64,000 nucleotides of DNA, taken from Williopsis jadinii. Lineage: Eukaryota. Below the pieces are notes generated by a model that was not told the origin of the DNA, ran no database searches, and was given only the letters and a program-made list of their open reading frames with translations. How positions within the stretch are numbered: the first letter of the stretch is position 1; every line of letters begins with the position of its first letter. This document shows positions 44,053 to 55,481 of this stretch, piece after piece. The DNA lies in the NCBI GenBank assembly GCA_024346625.1, contig AP024667.1, positions 1,054,001-1,118,000 on the forward strand, read 5' to 3'. Position numbers and translations under genes: made by a program.

Positions 44053-45289
44053 ATTTCAAGTCGTTGGCAATATGTTTTTTCCATTTCGGACTGGATTCTT
44101 TTGAAACATTTGACTTCCAACTTTGTTCAAGTTTCCTGCGTATTTTCATTCCATTGGGTCCCATTATTTTGTTTCTTCCTTTATAGGTGGTTTTGAGCCC
44201 TAGGATCTACGTTCAGATGCATTCGTATGTACTCTTATAATGTCATACACTCTTCAGATTTGTTATATCAATTGTAGGCCTTGCAAGCTTCAGTTGGTTT
44301 ACCGGTCTACCTTTGATGTCTTTTGGAAATGAGTAAACCGCTGTTACCCCAGGGTTGTGTCTCTCTCGATGTGAAGTCATCAATTGTTATCATTGGCTGG
44401 TCTTTTAAACATTCCTATACTTGTGCATGCTTCTCTTTCGAAGGTCTTCGAAAAATGCCTAAAAGAATTACATATATCTATGTCTATAGTTCCTGGATCA
44501 AGATGTGACACATTAGTGCGAGAAGCCTTTCATATCAAGTATACAGATTGGTTTAAGTTAGATCAGGAGGGCAGATATTTTACGCACCTCTTGGTGAGGT
44601 TCGAAAACTCAACTTTAAGGGATTCGATTCACAATGTTCTTTAAAATGTTAAGATGACGCCAATGGTTTCTTCCTCCATTAACTTTGCTATTATATGAAG
44701 AGATACATAGTAAATGTACAAAGGTTTAGAATTCAGAGAAAGGTCCTAACTATTGGGATATGATTGACTGTGTATAAAATAATGGACAAATTCGGAAGCA
44801 CCCAAGATCCACTAACTCAAGAACTATTAGCCATATCAAAAAAACTGTCTATAGTATCCTAATACTGGAAACATGTAGTCTTTATGAGCTGAAAGTGCTA
44901 CAACTCTAACTTCTTCCGGTAAAATTTCTATATGGCTCTCTTTAACTTATTAATAAGAAGTAATAATAATGTGAAGTTGCGATGTTAATATAAATGAATA
45001 TTATTTGGTTCATTAAAAGTTCTGATGTAAAATAATGGCCTTAAAATTTTTAAAAAATGATGTGGAATCATGAAATTGATTTTTTTACACTAAAAGAAGT
45101 TCATACTATATATTATATACATTAACAGAAACTACATTAGATCATCAATAGCAGAATAGCTGTATTTTGAACCATGAATTCGCAAAATTTACTATTATGC
45201 TTACAATATCGTAATACATGTGTAGCACACCAAAGGAGATATTTGGTGTCCGGATGTGCTGCTGCCCCAAACAGTGGTGGTGTCGTTAA

Positions 45290-46490
45290 TTTTCTATTAC
45301 ATAAGCAATAATATCAACAAACCACAGTTCAAATTCCCCCAAAGTATACCAATTTATAGCTAACACTCCAACAAAGAGATCCACTAAATCGGAGTATGCA
45401 ATCTTCAATAATTCATGATAGTTAACTATTCATTGATTGGTAAAATTTATCAAAAAAAAACATATAAAACTGCTTATGTCTCCACAACAAAATCAATGTA
45501 CGAATTTCTGGCACCTGCAAGCAATAGAAAAGATCTCTATCATCATATATACCAACTTTTAACTTGGCTAGATAGATGGTTTTCCAAAATGGCCCACACC
45601 GTTGTTTTTTCTACATATGTTTTGTTCTTCACTGTCCTAGAAATCGTGAAAATGTGATGATGTTTTCAGTTCTTGCAGTGTTTTTTGTATTTTGAATTCT
45701 TTTCAACGCAAAATGACACAGATCCGAGACAGCTTCATATACAAAATTATGAAGATCTTCAACTTGAAGAAGGAACCTCGGTTGCTAAGCCAGAATCACT
45801 GTAGTAACTTAAAACAAATGGAGGTAAAATATCACAGGAGGACTCAGTAATTATTGAGACATGCCAATTGAGCTGGCATGAGAAAAAAACTAAAGAGCAT
45901 GATAAGGGGAAAGAGAGCTGATAGAAATTAGAATGTGATGGTGCCTTTAATCACAATTCCGACTTTGAATCCATTGTCCAACATGAAGCCAATGGTTTTA
46001 ACAAGAATAATGATCCAGTTTATGATGATCAACAACATCAGTGACCGCGGGATTCAAAGAAGATCCACAATACATGAAAGATATCATATTTGATTGAATC
46101 ACACTCTCAAGAAAATGGACAGCGGAAGTTTGCAGAAACTTATATCCTTGATCCAGATTTGCCTACAAATTGTCGTCTTGAATTGCTTAGAATTCCTTTT
46201 AAACCAATGAAGAGTATAATAAACTGGAGCACTACATTGTTAATATTGGTGAGTATCATTACACATAATTCATTCAGAAACTCAAAAGCTAGGGAAATAG
46301 AAACAATGCTTTGCAAACCTCTCATAAATTACATCAAATGGGAATTGGTAGAAACGTTGCTGAGTTTGTTCCAATCCCATTAAGCATGGGTTTCGTTAGT
46401 CTCAAACCAATATTTTATCAACAAAGGGATCAAGTATTAAAGTCCAATACTCGAAGGGCCGCACCGAAGCATTACAGATCAACATGTGTT
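45290..46490 (+). mobile_element. Helitron-like element relic, copy 2 (opposite orientation, more decayed)
   Basis: DNA similarity to the reverse complement of copy 1 at the 5' flank (45290-45420), ORF start (TTTTGAATTCTT..CAAC.CAAAATGACACA), GCTAAGCCAGAA, GATGGTGCCTTT and the 3' part (TTTCGTTAGT...ATTAAAGTC...TACAGATCAAC). Encodes the peptide ENGQRKFAETYILDP. Confidence 0.7.
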
Positions 46491-49207
46491 TACTATATCA
46501 ATTGCGATTGAGAACGGCCCTTGCTATTGAGAAGCGATACAACATCTCAAAGGAAGGAGAAAAGGATGTAAAATCTACTTACAGCTGCTCTTATTATCAC
46601 AGGAAAGCGTATACAATCGTTGAATATCGCCAAATTACCTATGTGAGGATGAGGAGAGCTCACAACAGTCTCGACCTTGTTCCATCACTTCTTCTATTTG
46701 CCAAGGAGATCCTCTATCAGGAGAGTAGAAGAAAGAACCCCAGTTACTGTTCACCAAAGTTCTACTAGGGTACTGCTTTTCAAAGGTCAATAGATGTTTC
46801 ATGGAAGGCAGCGTCTCAAAGTTCGAGGTCTGCAGTGAAGAATTTCAACAAAGAGCCTCCACTGAGGACAATTGAAGTGTTAAAAGAGCATCAAGACACT
46901 AAAAAGGTGATCAAAGAAAACACCAGAAAGAAGCAGGGGATCGCATATTCTTCCATTGCAATCACTTCCAAGGTTGAGAAGAAGAGAGAGAGGAAGAGGA
47001 TGACCAAAAAAGTTAGAACAAAAAAGGAACTGTAAGGCAAAAAACCTTACGGAAGAAGCTAAGACCAATAAACTTGCCCCACAACCAAAATAAAGTGGCT
47101 TTCGTATTGGCTCCTGATAGAGTACGTTACTTATTACTCTACATTTTTGATAGTTTTACAGTATTTTTAACAAACCATAATCTACCGCAGCAGTTCAGTT
47201 ATTTTGACACCCTATTTCTGCTGAAATCACCAACTACTCCCTCCTGTCTACCCACTACTAAACTCATAACACATATTAATGCATACTGATACATAATAGC
47301 AGGGGCAGCTGTGAACAAATGTGCATTGCTCATAAAAATATGGAGATATGATTTCGATGTCTGGTGTCGATTGTATTTCGATTCACATGTGCTCCGTGTT
47401 ATGTCTCCGTGACAGGAGAATGAGTGGGGTTTTTCGTATACCAATGCTATAAGCTTCCCTAGATGCTTCAAAAATAATACTCAGGACCTATATGGAGAAC
47501 ATAAAGGACACACATTTGACCAACGTATTGAGTAGTTACGGAATTCAAATACTATAACTCTTGCCAAGATATATACTGTTTGGTAAAACCAATATCATAA
47601 ACCAGGTGTGCCTGCTTATATAACTGGCCAAAGTATACACGACCACCAAACTCATAAGATCAGCTAATACCAATTTGGAAATCTATATCAAACTAAAAAC
47701 AATCCTGCTAAATTTAGATCAGCGCATTATTACCATGAGTTGCAGTGTAATCAGATGGATAATTTCTCCGCATCAATTATGGATAATTACGGTTTCTGAA
47801 CTTGCAATTTTAAAATACTGTTGTAAAACAACGTCTATATAACCATGTCTATATAGTTATGTCTCTATAACTAAGTCCAATATTGATACCCAGTCATTCT
47901 GTGTTGACATTTCTAGACTCGATATTGGAAACTAACGCTATACTTACTTGAAAGGATTGGTGAATCCTTGACTCTTATCCCCAACCCTTTACGTGGGCAT
48001 TATAAACTAGTATTTGAATGTGTTTAGTGTCCACTTCTCACCAAACTTTAAATCTCAATATCCTTTCATGAATTACAGTGGATGTAATAAAGGTGTGCCT
48101 CATACACGTGTGTAGGTTCACCGCCATGAATTAAAAAAACGTTTAGAATGTGGTATATATAATGTTCAGTGATATAATATCCATAGCTCTTTCGAAACTT
48201 TGTAGAGTTCAACCATGACTTAGACAGTGTACTGGTTGGTTGATCTCATTCCTTACGTTGCAGAGCTTTATCGCCCACTCGAACAAAAATGCTGTGTGGC
48301 ATGTCTCTTTTGGGACAAGCCAACTATAATTTCCTTTCAAGTTGTGGATTGTGTCTTGTCCAAGGGAGTGAGCATTTACGGTACACATTGAAAACAGTTT
48401 GAGTAGACGTGGTTATAGTTAAATATACATTGAACACGCCAAACACTTTTAAAATTGTCCTTCCAAATTTCAATGTAGAGATCTTGTGTTGGTGACTAAA
48501 ATAACTCTCTGAAACGTGTATGGTCCTCTCTGCGTATACAGGCAACCAGGAGATCTACATTGGGGGTCATTCATGTTTGAGGATGACCTTCTCCAACATG
48601 CACACACGGTGTGAAATGTTGACCTACTTTGGGCACAGAAGTAAATAGCCTACTCGCTGATCAGTCCGCACGGTATACATGGACCGTGCACTATGACTCA
48701 GGTGTGGCTCAACTACTTAGCATTAAACATTAATTCTGATCCTTTCAATAGCTTGCAAAGAATAGCATTACAACTGTAGACTAAAAGTAGGTCTGCAGTC
48801 CCTGAATTACAAACATTGGCACTTCCTCTATAAGTAGATCAACACGGAGAACACACCTACTACGTGGCTAAACTTTTGGCTTTTACATTAGTATGTACAA
48901 TGGTAGCAATACGCCTCGCAACTTTCCCGGGTCTTGGAACAAAGTTGTAGCTTTCCATGTGGCGCTTAACGAAAAGATGAAGGTACACAAAAAACACCAA
49001 CAACACAGTGGAACATGTGGTTAAACAATAAACATCTAGCAGACATACACTCCAGTCTACGAAGACTTGGCTTGCACAGGTAATTTCGACCATGGTGGTG
49101 ATACAAAGCGTGGGTTGAAGCTGCTACAAATATATAAAGGGAGAATGCCGCTGGGAACGGGCCCCTTCTAGCCATGTAAGGTTGTAACGGTATCAAAAGT
49201 CAGCGCT

Positions 49208-52200
49208 ATGAGGTTCTCCTTCCATTTGTTGATACTTGTGCTTTTCACCTCCTGGGTGTCGTGCTCGTCGCTAGCGGCGGCATACGGAGGTATTGATACT
49301 GAAGATCTCATTAAAGAGGTGGAAGATGGTCCATCAGAGGGGGTTGACACTACTGTGAAAAGACTGGAAAAGAGACAATTCTCACAAACATTGGCGGGAA
49401 GCTATGATGAAGGCGCACTTTCCTGGACAGTCTCTGCTACGGTCACGGGTGCGTTCACAGCTGATATCTCTTTAGCTACAGGCGATGCTTCTGAGGAGTT
49501 TACGTTTGGTGATGCAGCAGCAGTTGTTTCTGTCGCGGCTGGCGGAGTTGCAATCGCTGACACTGATTACTCTGTTGTCACGACTGTTGCGGGACAGTCA
49601 TTAGTGACATATGCTGGTGGTACCGACGATACTGAGTATGTGGTGACTCTTGTTTTCACTGGTACTCCGACTGCTACCTCTGGCACGTGGATTGCCGAGG
49701 GTTCTGGAACAGTTACTGACCAGAACAATACTGATGAGCCAATCACTATTGCTGCTGCTACTGTTGAGGAAGGTGCTACCGGAGAAATCACTCCAACATT
49801 GGAAGGAAGCTATGATGAAGGCGCACTTTCCTGGACAGTTTCTGCTACGGTAACAGGTGCGTTCACACTTGATGTTTCTCTAGCTACAGGCGATGCTTCT
49901 GAGGAGTTTACTTTTGGTGATGCAGCAGCAGTTGTTTCTGTCGCGGCTGGTGGAGTTGCAATCGCTGACACTGATTACTCTGTTGTCACGACTGTTGCGG
50001 GACAGTCCCTAGTGACATACCTTGAAGGCGTGGAGGATACTGAGTATGTGGTGACTCTTGTTTTCACTGGTACTCCGACTGCTACCTCTGGCACGTGGAT
50101 TGCCGAGGGTTCTGGAACAGTTACTGACCAGAACAATACTGATGAGCCAATCACTATTGCTGCTGCGACTGTTGAGCAAGCTGCTGCCGGAGAAAACACT
50201 CCAACATTGGAAGGAAGCTATGATGAAGGCGCACTTTCCTGGACAGTTTCTGCTACGGTAACAGGTGCGTTCACACTTGATGTTTCTCTAGCTACAGGCG
50301 ATGCTTCTGAGGAGTTTACGTTTGGTGATGCAGCAGCAGTTGTTTCTGTGACGGCTGGCGGAGTTGCGCTCGCTGACACTGATTACTCTGTTGTCACGAC
50401 TGTTGCGGGACAGTCATTAGTGACATATGCTGGTGGTACCGACGATACTGAGTATGTGGTGACTCTTGTTTTCACTGGTACTCCGACTGCTACCTCTGGC
50501 ACGTGGATTGCCGAGGGTTCTGGAACAGTTACTGACCAGAACAACACTGATGAGCCAATCACTATTGCTGCTGCTACTGTTGAGGAAGGTGCTACCGGAG
50601 AAATCACTCCAACATTGGAAGGAAGCTATGATGAAGGCGCACTTTCCTGGACAGTTTCTGCTACGGTAACAGGTGCGTTCACACTTGATGTTTCTCTAGC
50701 TACAGGCGATGCTTCTGAGGAGTTTACGTTTGGTGATGCAGCAGCAGTTGTTTCTGTCGCGGCTGGCGGAGTTGCAATCGCTGACACTGATTACTCTGTT
50801 GTCACGACTGTTGCGGGACAGTCCCTAGTGACATACGTTGAAGGCGTGGAGGATACTGAGTATGTGGTGACTCTTGTTTTCACTGGTACTCCGACTGCTA
50901 CCTCTGGCACGTGGATTGCCGAGGGTTCTGGAACAGTTACTGACCAGAACAATACTGATGAGCCAATCACTATTGCTGCTGCGACTGTTGAGCAAGCTGC
51001 TGCCGGAGAAATCATTCCAACATTGGAAGGAAGCTATGATGAAGGCGCACTTTCCTGGACAGTTTCTGCTACGGTAACAGGTGCGTTCACACTTGATGTT
51101 TCTCTAGCTACAGGCGATGCTTCTGAGGAGTTTACGTTTGGTGATGCAGCAGCAGTTGTTTCTGTCGCGGCTGGCGGAGTTGCAATCGCTGACACTGATT
51201 ACTCTGTTGTCACGACTGTTGCGGGACAGTCCCTAGTGACATACCTTGAAGGCGTGGAGGATACTGAGTATGTGGTGACTCTTGTTTTCACTGGTACTCC
51301 GACTGCTACCTCTGGCACGTGGATTGCCGAGGGTTCTGGAACAGTGACTGACCAGAACAACACTGATGAGCCAATCACTATTGCTGCTGCGACTGTTGAG
51401 CAAGCTGCTGCCGGAGAAATCACTCCAACATTGGAAGGAAGCTATGATGAAGGCGCACTTTCCTGGACAGTGTCTGCTACGGTAACAGGTGCGTTCACAC
51501 TTGATGTTTCTCTAGCTACAGGCGATGCTTCTGAGGAGTTTACGTTTGGTGATGCAGCAGCAGTTGTTTCTGTGACGGCTGGCGGAGTTGCGCTCGCTGA
51601 CACTGATTACTCTGTTGTCACGACTGTTGCGGGACAGTCATTAGTGACATATGCTGGTGGTACCGACGATACTGAGTATGTGGTGACTCTTGTTTTCACT
51701 GGTACTCCGACTGCTACCTCTGGCACGTGGATTGCCGAGGGTTCTGGAACAGTTACTGACCAGAACAATACTGATGAGCCAATCACTATTGCTGCTGCGA
51801 CTGTTGAGCAAGCTGCTGCCGGAGAAATCACTCCAACATTGGAAGGAAGCTATGATGAAGGCGCACTTTCCTGGACAGTTTCTGCTACGGTAACAGGTGC
51901 GTTCACACTTGATGTTTCTCTAGCTACAGGCGATGCTTCTGAGGAGTTTACTTTTGGTGATGCAGCAGCAGTTGTTTCTGTCGCGGCTGGTGGAGTTGCA
52001 ATCGCTGACACTGATTACTCTGTTGTCACGACTGTTGCGGGACAGTCCCTAGTGACATACCTTGAAGGCGTGGAGGATACTGAGTATGTGGTGACTCTTG
52101 TTTTCACTGGTACTCCGACTGCTACCTCTGGCACGTGGATTGCCGAGGGTTCTGGAACAGTCACTGACCAGAACAATACTGATGAGCCAATCACTATTGC

Positions 52201-54229
52201 TGCTGCTACTGTTGAGGAACCCTTAAGTGTGTCAACTGACGACACATCCGAAGAAACCTCCGAAGACACATCCGAAGACATCTCAGAGGAGATCTCAGGA
52301 GAGACGTCAGAGGAGAGCTCAGAAGAGACGTCAGGAGAGACCTCCGAAGACACATCAGAAGAGACGTCAGAAGAGACCTCCGGAGACACATCAGAAGAGA
52401 CGCCAGAGGAGAGCTCAGAAGAGACGTCAGAAGAGACCTCCGAAGACACATCAGAAGAGACGTCAGAGGAGAGCTCAGAAGAGACGTCAGAGGACACCCC
52501 TGAAGAATCGTCTGAAGACAGCTCTGAAGAACCAATAACTACTAGCTCAAGCGAACCTATCACTGATTCTACCGAATCCTCCTCTGAATCTGAATCTGAA
52601 ACTCCAACAGAACCTGTTATCAGCGGTGAATATGACGCTGAAGCTGAGACTGCAGCTTGGAGCATTGAACTTCCGGGAAATCTTGGACCATGGGAGTCTG
52701 TTGATGTTACTATAACAAAAGACCTGGATGACAGCGGAGAATTTGATTTCGTCTCTGCCAATGCATACATCAATGGCGAATTGTATTCATCTGCGGAAAT
52801 CACATTGACTACTGACAGTATTACCGTTTTGATATCTGAAGCCATTGGTGTAGATGAAATACTCAGCATTGATTTTGTTGCTGACACTTCCAGTGGATAC
52901 CAATGGACATCTCTTGCCCATATTCTTATGAATGTTCCAGATGAGAGATTGGCGAAGAGAGCTGTTGTCGAATGGGACTTGTCTTCGACTGTTGTTAATG
53001 AGGCTGCTGTTCCATCTTCTTCCGAGTCCGCATCTGAGCCAGAATCTGCTTCTGAGTCAGAGTCTGCCTCTGAGGAATCCTCTGAAGAATCATCTGTTGA
53101 ATCCTCTGAAGAATCATCTGAAGAATCCTTTGAAGAATCGTCTGAAGAATCCTCTGAGCCTTCCACTGAGACCACTTCAGAATCACCAGATATCACGCTA
53201 ACCTGGTCTACAGAAACCACCACTGTTACTGCGGAAACCACTATACTTGTCACTATCACAAGCTGTGAAGACAACAAGTGCTCGGAGATTGAAGTCCCTA
53301 CTGGAGTGGTTGTTGTCACTGAGACTATTTCTGGCATCATCACTTCTTACACAACCTACTGTCCAGAGACCTACGTCACCACCAAGACTTACACTGAGAA
53401 GATCGTTTTTGTTACCATCCCATATGAAGTTTGTGAAAAGGGGGTTACCACCATAAGCAAGACCATCGAATGTGAGGATGAGTGTTACGACGTTATCGTG
53501 ACTGAGACAAAGACCATAGCTACTGTCATCGGTGGCTCAGTCATCACTACTGGTGTTGCTAAGACATATGGTACTGGTGCCGAGGCGACTGTTACAACTG
53601 TTACTGTTGTTAGCACTGTTGGTGGTTCACCTCTGACTACTGTTGCTGTTGAAAGCTACGGTGTTGCTGTTGACGAGGTTGTTATCACCAAGGCCGAGAC
53701 TGCTGAAGTTGTTGTCGGTGGTGCTACTGCTTACTCAGTGTCCGATATTGTCGAGACCACTAAGGTCACTAACACTGTTACTTTGGAGGCTGCTGCCTCC
53801 ACTGAATTTGGTTCATCTGGTTCCTCTGGTTCCTCTGGTTCATCTGGTTCATCTGGTTCCTCTGGTTCATCTGGTTCCTCTGGTTCATCTGGTTCCTCTG
53901 GTTCCTCTGGTTCCTCTGGTTCCTCTGGTTCCTCTGGTTCCTCTGGTTCCTCTGGTTCATCTGGTTCCTCTGGTTCCTCTGGTTCCTCTGGTTCCTCTGG
54001 TTCATCTGGTTCCTCTGGTTCATCTGGTTCCTCTGGTTCATCTGGTTCCTCTGGTTCCTCTGGTTCCTCTGGTTCCTCTGGTCCCTCTGGTTCCTCTGGT
54101 TCATCTGGTTCCTCTGGTCCCTCTGGGTCTGAGACAACTGCAGATATCCCTGCTTATGAAGGCACAGCAGTTAAAAAGTCAGTGATTTCAGTGCTTTCTG
54201 CCCTTCTTTTCGCTGTTGCTTTGATTTGA
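49208..54229 (+). CDS. Large GPI-anchored adhesin (1673 aa) with seven 136-aa tandem domains
   Basis: Signal peptide, pro-region ending LEKR, 7 x 408-bp repeats, acidic SEET linkers, a related eighth domain, TITSCEDNKC/YTTYCP stalk, (GSS)n and a GPI signal after YEGTA. Confidence 0.92.
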   Translation: MRFSFHLLILVLFTSWVSCSSLAAAYGGIDTEDLIKEVEDGPSEGVDTTVKRLEKRQFSQTLAGSYDEGALSWTVSATVTGAFTADISLATGDASEEFTFGDAAAVVSVAAGGVAIADTDYSVVTTVAGQSLVTYAGGTDDTEYVVTLVFTGTPTATSGTWIAEGSGTVTDQNNTDEPITIAAATVEEGATGEITPTLEGSYDEGALSWTVSATVTGAFTLDVSLATGDASEEFTFGDAAAVVSVAAGGVAIADTDYSVVTTVAGQSLVTYLEGVEDTEYVVTLVFTGTPTATSGTWIAEGSGTVTDQNNTDEPITIAAATVEQAAAGENTPTLEGSYDEGALSWTVSATVTGAFTLDVSLATGDASEEFTFGDAAAVVSVTAGGVALADTDYSVVTTVAGQSLVTYAGGTDDTEYVVTLVFTGTPTATSGTWIAEGSGTVTDQNNTDEPITIAAATVEEGATGEITPTLEGSYDEGALSWTVSATVTGAFTLDVSLATGDASEEFTFGDAAAVVSVAAGGVAIADTDYSVVTTVAGQSLVTYVEGVEDTEYVVTLVFTGTPTATSGTWIAEGSGTVTDQNNTDEPITIAAATVEQAAAGEIIPTLEGSYDEGALSWTVSATVTGAFTLDVSLATGDASEEFTFGDAAAVVSVAAGGVAIADTDYSVVTTVAGQSLVTYLEGVEDTEYVVTLVFTGTPTATSGTWIAEGSGTVTDQNNTDEPITIAAATVEQAAAGEITPTLEGSYDEGALSWTVSATVTGAFTLDVSLATGDASEEFTFGDAAAVVSVTAGGVALADTDYSVVTTVAGQSLVTYAGGTDDTEYVVTLVFTGTPTATSGTWIAEGSGTVTDQNNTDEPITIAAATVEQAAAGEITPTLEGSYDEGALSWTVSATVTGAFTLDVSLATGDASEEFTFGDAAAVVSVAAGGVAIADTDYSVVTTVAGQSLVTYLEGVEDTEYVVTLVFTGTPTATSGTWIAEGSGTVTDQNNTDEPITIAAATVEEPLSVSTDDTSEETSEDTSEDISEEISGETSEESSEETSGETSEDTSEETSEETSGDTSEETPEESSEETSEETSEDTSEETSEESSEETSEDTPEESSEDSSEEPITTSSSEPITDSTESSSESESETPTEPVISGEYDAEAETAAWSIELPGNLGPWESVDVTITKDLDDSGEFDFVSANAYINGELYSSAEITLTTDSITVLISEAIGVDEILSIDFVADTSSGYQWTSLAHILMNVPDERLAKRAVVEWDLSSTVVNEAAVPSSSESASEPESASESESASEESSEESSVESSEESSEESFEESSEESSEPSTETTSESPDITLTWSTETTTVTAETTILVTITSCEDNKCSEIEVPTGVVVVTETISGIITSYTTYCPETYVTTKTYTEKIVFVTIPYEVCEKGVTTISKTIECEDECYDVIVTETKTIATVIGGSVITTGVAKTYGTGAEATVTTVTVVSTVGGSPLTTVAVESYGVAVDEVVITKAETAEVVVGGATAYSVSDIVETTKVTNTVTLEAAASTEFGSSGSSGSSGSSGSSGSSGSSGSSGSSGSSGSSGSSGSSGSSGSSGSSGSSGSSGSSGSSGSSGSSGSSGSSGSSGSSGSSGSSGSSGSSGPSGSSGSSGSSGPSGSETTADIPAYEGTAVKKSVISVLSALLFAVALI
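49381..52220 (+). repeat. Intragenic megasatellite, 7 x 408 bp
   Basis: GGAAGCTATGATGAAGG at 49397, 49805, 50213, 50621, 51029, 51437 and 51845. Confidence 0.97.
53809..54128 (+). repeat. 9-bp coding minisatellite GGTTCMTCT (Gly-Ser-Ser, about 35 units)
   Basis: Visible directly in the sequence. Confidence 0.97.
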
Positions 54230-55343
54230 TTTCAAGTCGTTGGCAACATGCTTTTTTATTTCGAATTGGATTCTTTTGAAACACTTTTTTGATTTCGAAA
54301 AGTGTTCAAGTTTCCAACGTATTTCCATTCTATTGGGTCCCATTATTTTGTTTCTTCCTCTATAGGTGGTTTTGAGTCCTAGGATCTACGTTCAGATACA
54401 TCTCTTTGTATTGCTCTACCTATAATATACATTTTTGACGTTCGAATTAAATCCATTTTTAAACAGCATTATGTTCCAGAAGATAGATGCTACTCTTAAG
54501 AATTGAGCATAGGGTGTGTAAGGACCTGGAACAGAAGTTACTGCCCATCTTCAGAAGATTGTAGAATTAGTTCAGAGGTTTTATAAATATCGGACTATAT
54601 AGGACCTAACTTATTTTATACGAGGACAATATTCGCTGACCAGGATGATTAGTCAACTTGCAAGCACCACTGCTGCTCTCATGCACAACACCCTTTACGT
54701 TTGTAGTTCAAATTATTGCCTGATACCTATGAATTTGAAGTTGCTCATGGAACTGAAGTCATTTGCTTTATGTCCTACAGCCATTAGAATGTCGGCCTTG
54801 TCCAGCTCGCATGGACGATAGATACGTGATGCTTTGCATGGTGAAGTTAGTAGTCTCCTTTCGACTCATTTTAGGGCACAGGAACACATTTGACGTTTCC
54901 ATCTACAGCAAATCACCTGCTATGACTGGGTATATGCCGCAGAGAGGGCATAGTCCTAGACATCTTGTACCTTGAACTGTTACTGGCTGAACACTCACCT
55001 CAATTGATGCTGTGGCGCAATAGCAGTGCTCTGGCTGTTCCCATCCAGCGTAAATCCCAGAACGGACACCAGTGTAAATCTCAGAACGTCACAGCCCAGG
55101 GTGCTTATCTTTTATTTGCCCGTGGAGTATCTTGGCAGAAAATGTAGGGGCAAAACGCCACCACAAAAACAACAAAGGAGAACAAAACAAAACAAAACAA
55201 AACAAAACAAGGCAAACCAACTGATAAACAGAAATCAAACCACTGAACGTGATAGCGTGGATAAAGAATCGTCTAACCGTTCACTATCGTTGAATCGAAC
55301 CGTCTACCACTTACAGTTGTATCACTCCGAAGCACTTTAAACT

Positions 55344-55462
55344 GTAAGTTAAGTCTTGTTGTCTTTATCAACACGGAAGGGAGCGTGGGGATATCGTCAA
55401 GGGGCATGCCATCAAGGGGATGGGCAATACATTTCAGGGCGCCTGTACTAACAGTCTGATAG
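55344..55462 (+). other. Putative 5'-UTR intron of ATG8
   Basis: GTAAGT at 55344, TACTAAC at 55446-55452 and TAG at 55460-55462, ending 19 nt before the ATG. Confidence 0.7.
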
Positions 55463-55481
55463 CTTAAGCGTTATCAACACG

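Noticed and set aside
46500..47070. Lys-rich coding-like fragments, and similar short ORFs at 34800-35450, 56660-57300 and 60150-61930
   Set aside because: They may be decayed genes, but I recognise no family motif and cannot support a call.
44300..49100. AT-rich gene-free stretch as a centromere
   Set aside because: No CDEI-CDEII-CDEIII arrangement or long perfect inverted repeat was seen. Part of it is explained by the transposon relic and the long adhesin promoter. It cannot be excluded without ChIP or Hi-C.
52015..53343. 442-aa antisense ORF and other long shadow ORFs (13032-13439, 22209-22820, 42447-43208, 53643-54185, 53778-54137)
   Set aside because: They are antisense or alternate frames of low-complexity repeats in real adhesin genes, where stop codons are depleted by composition.
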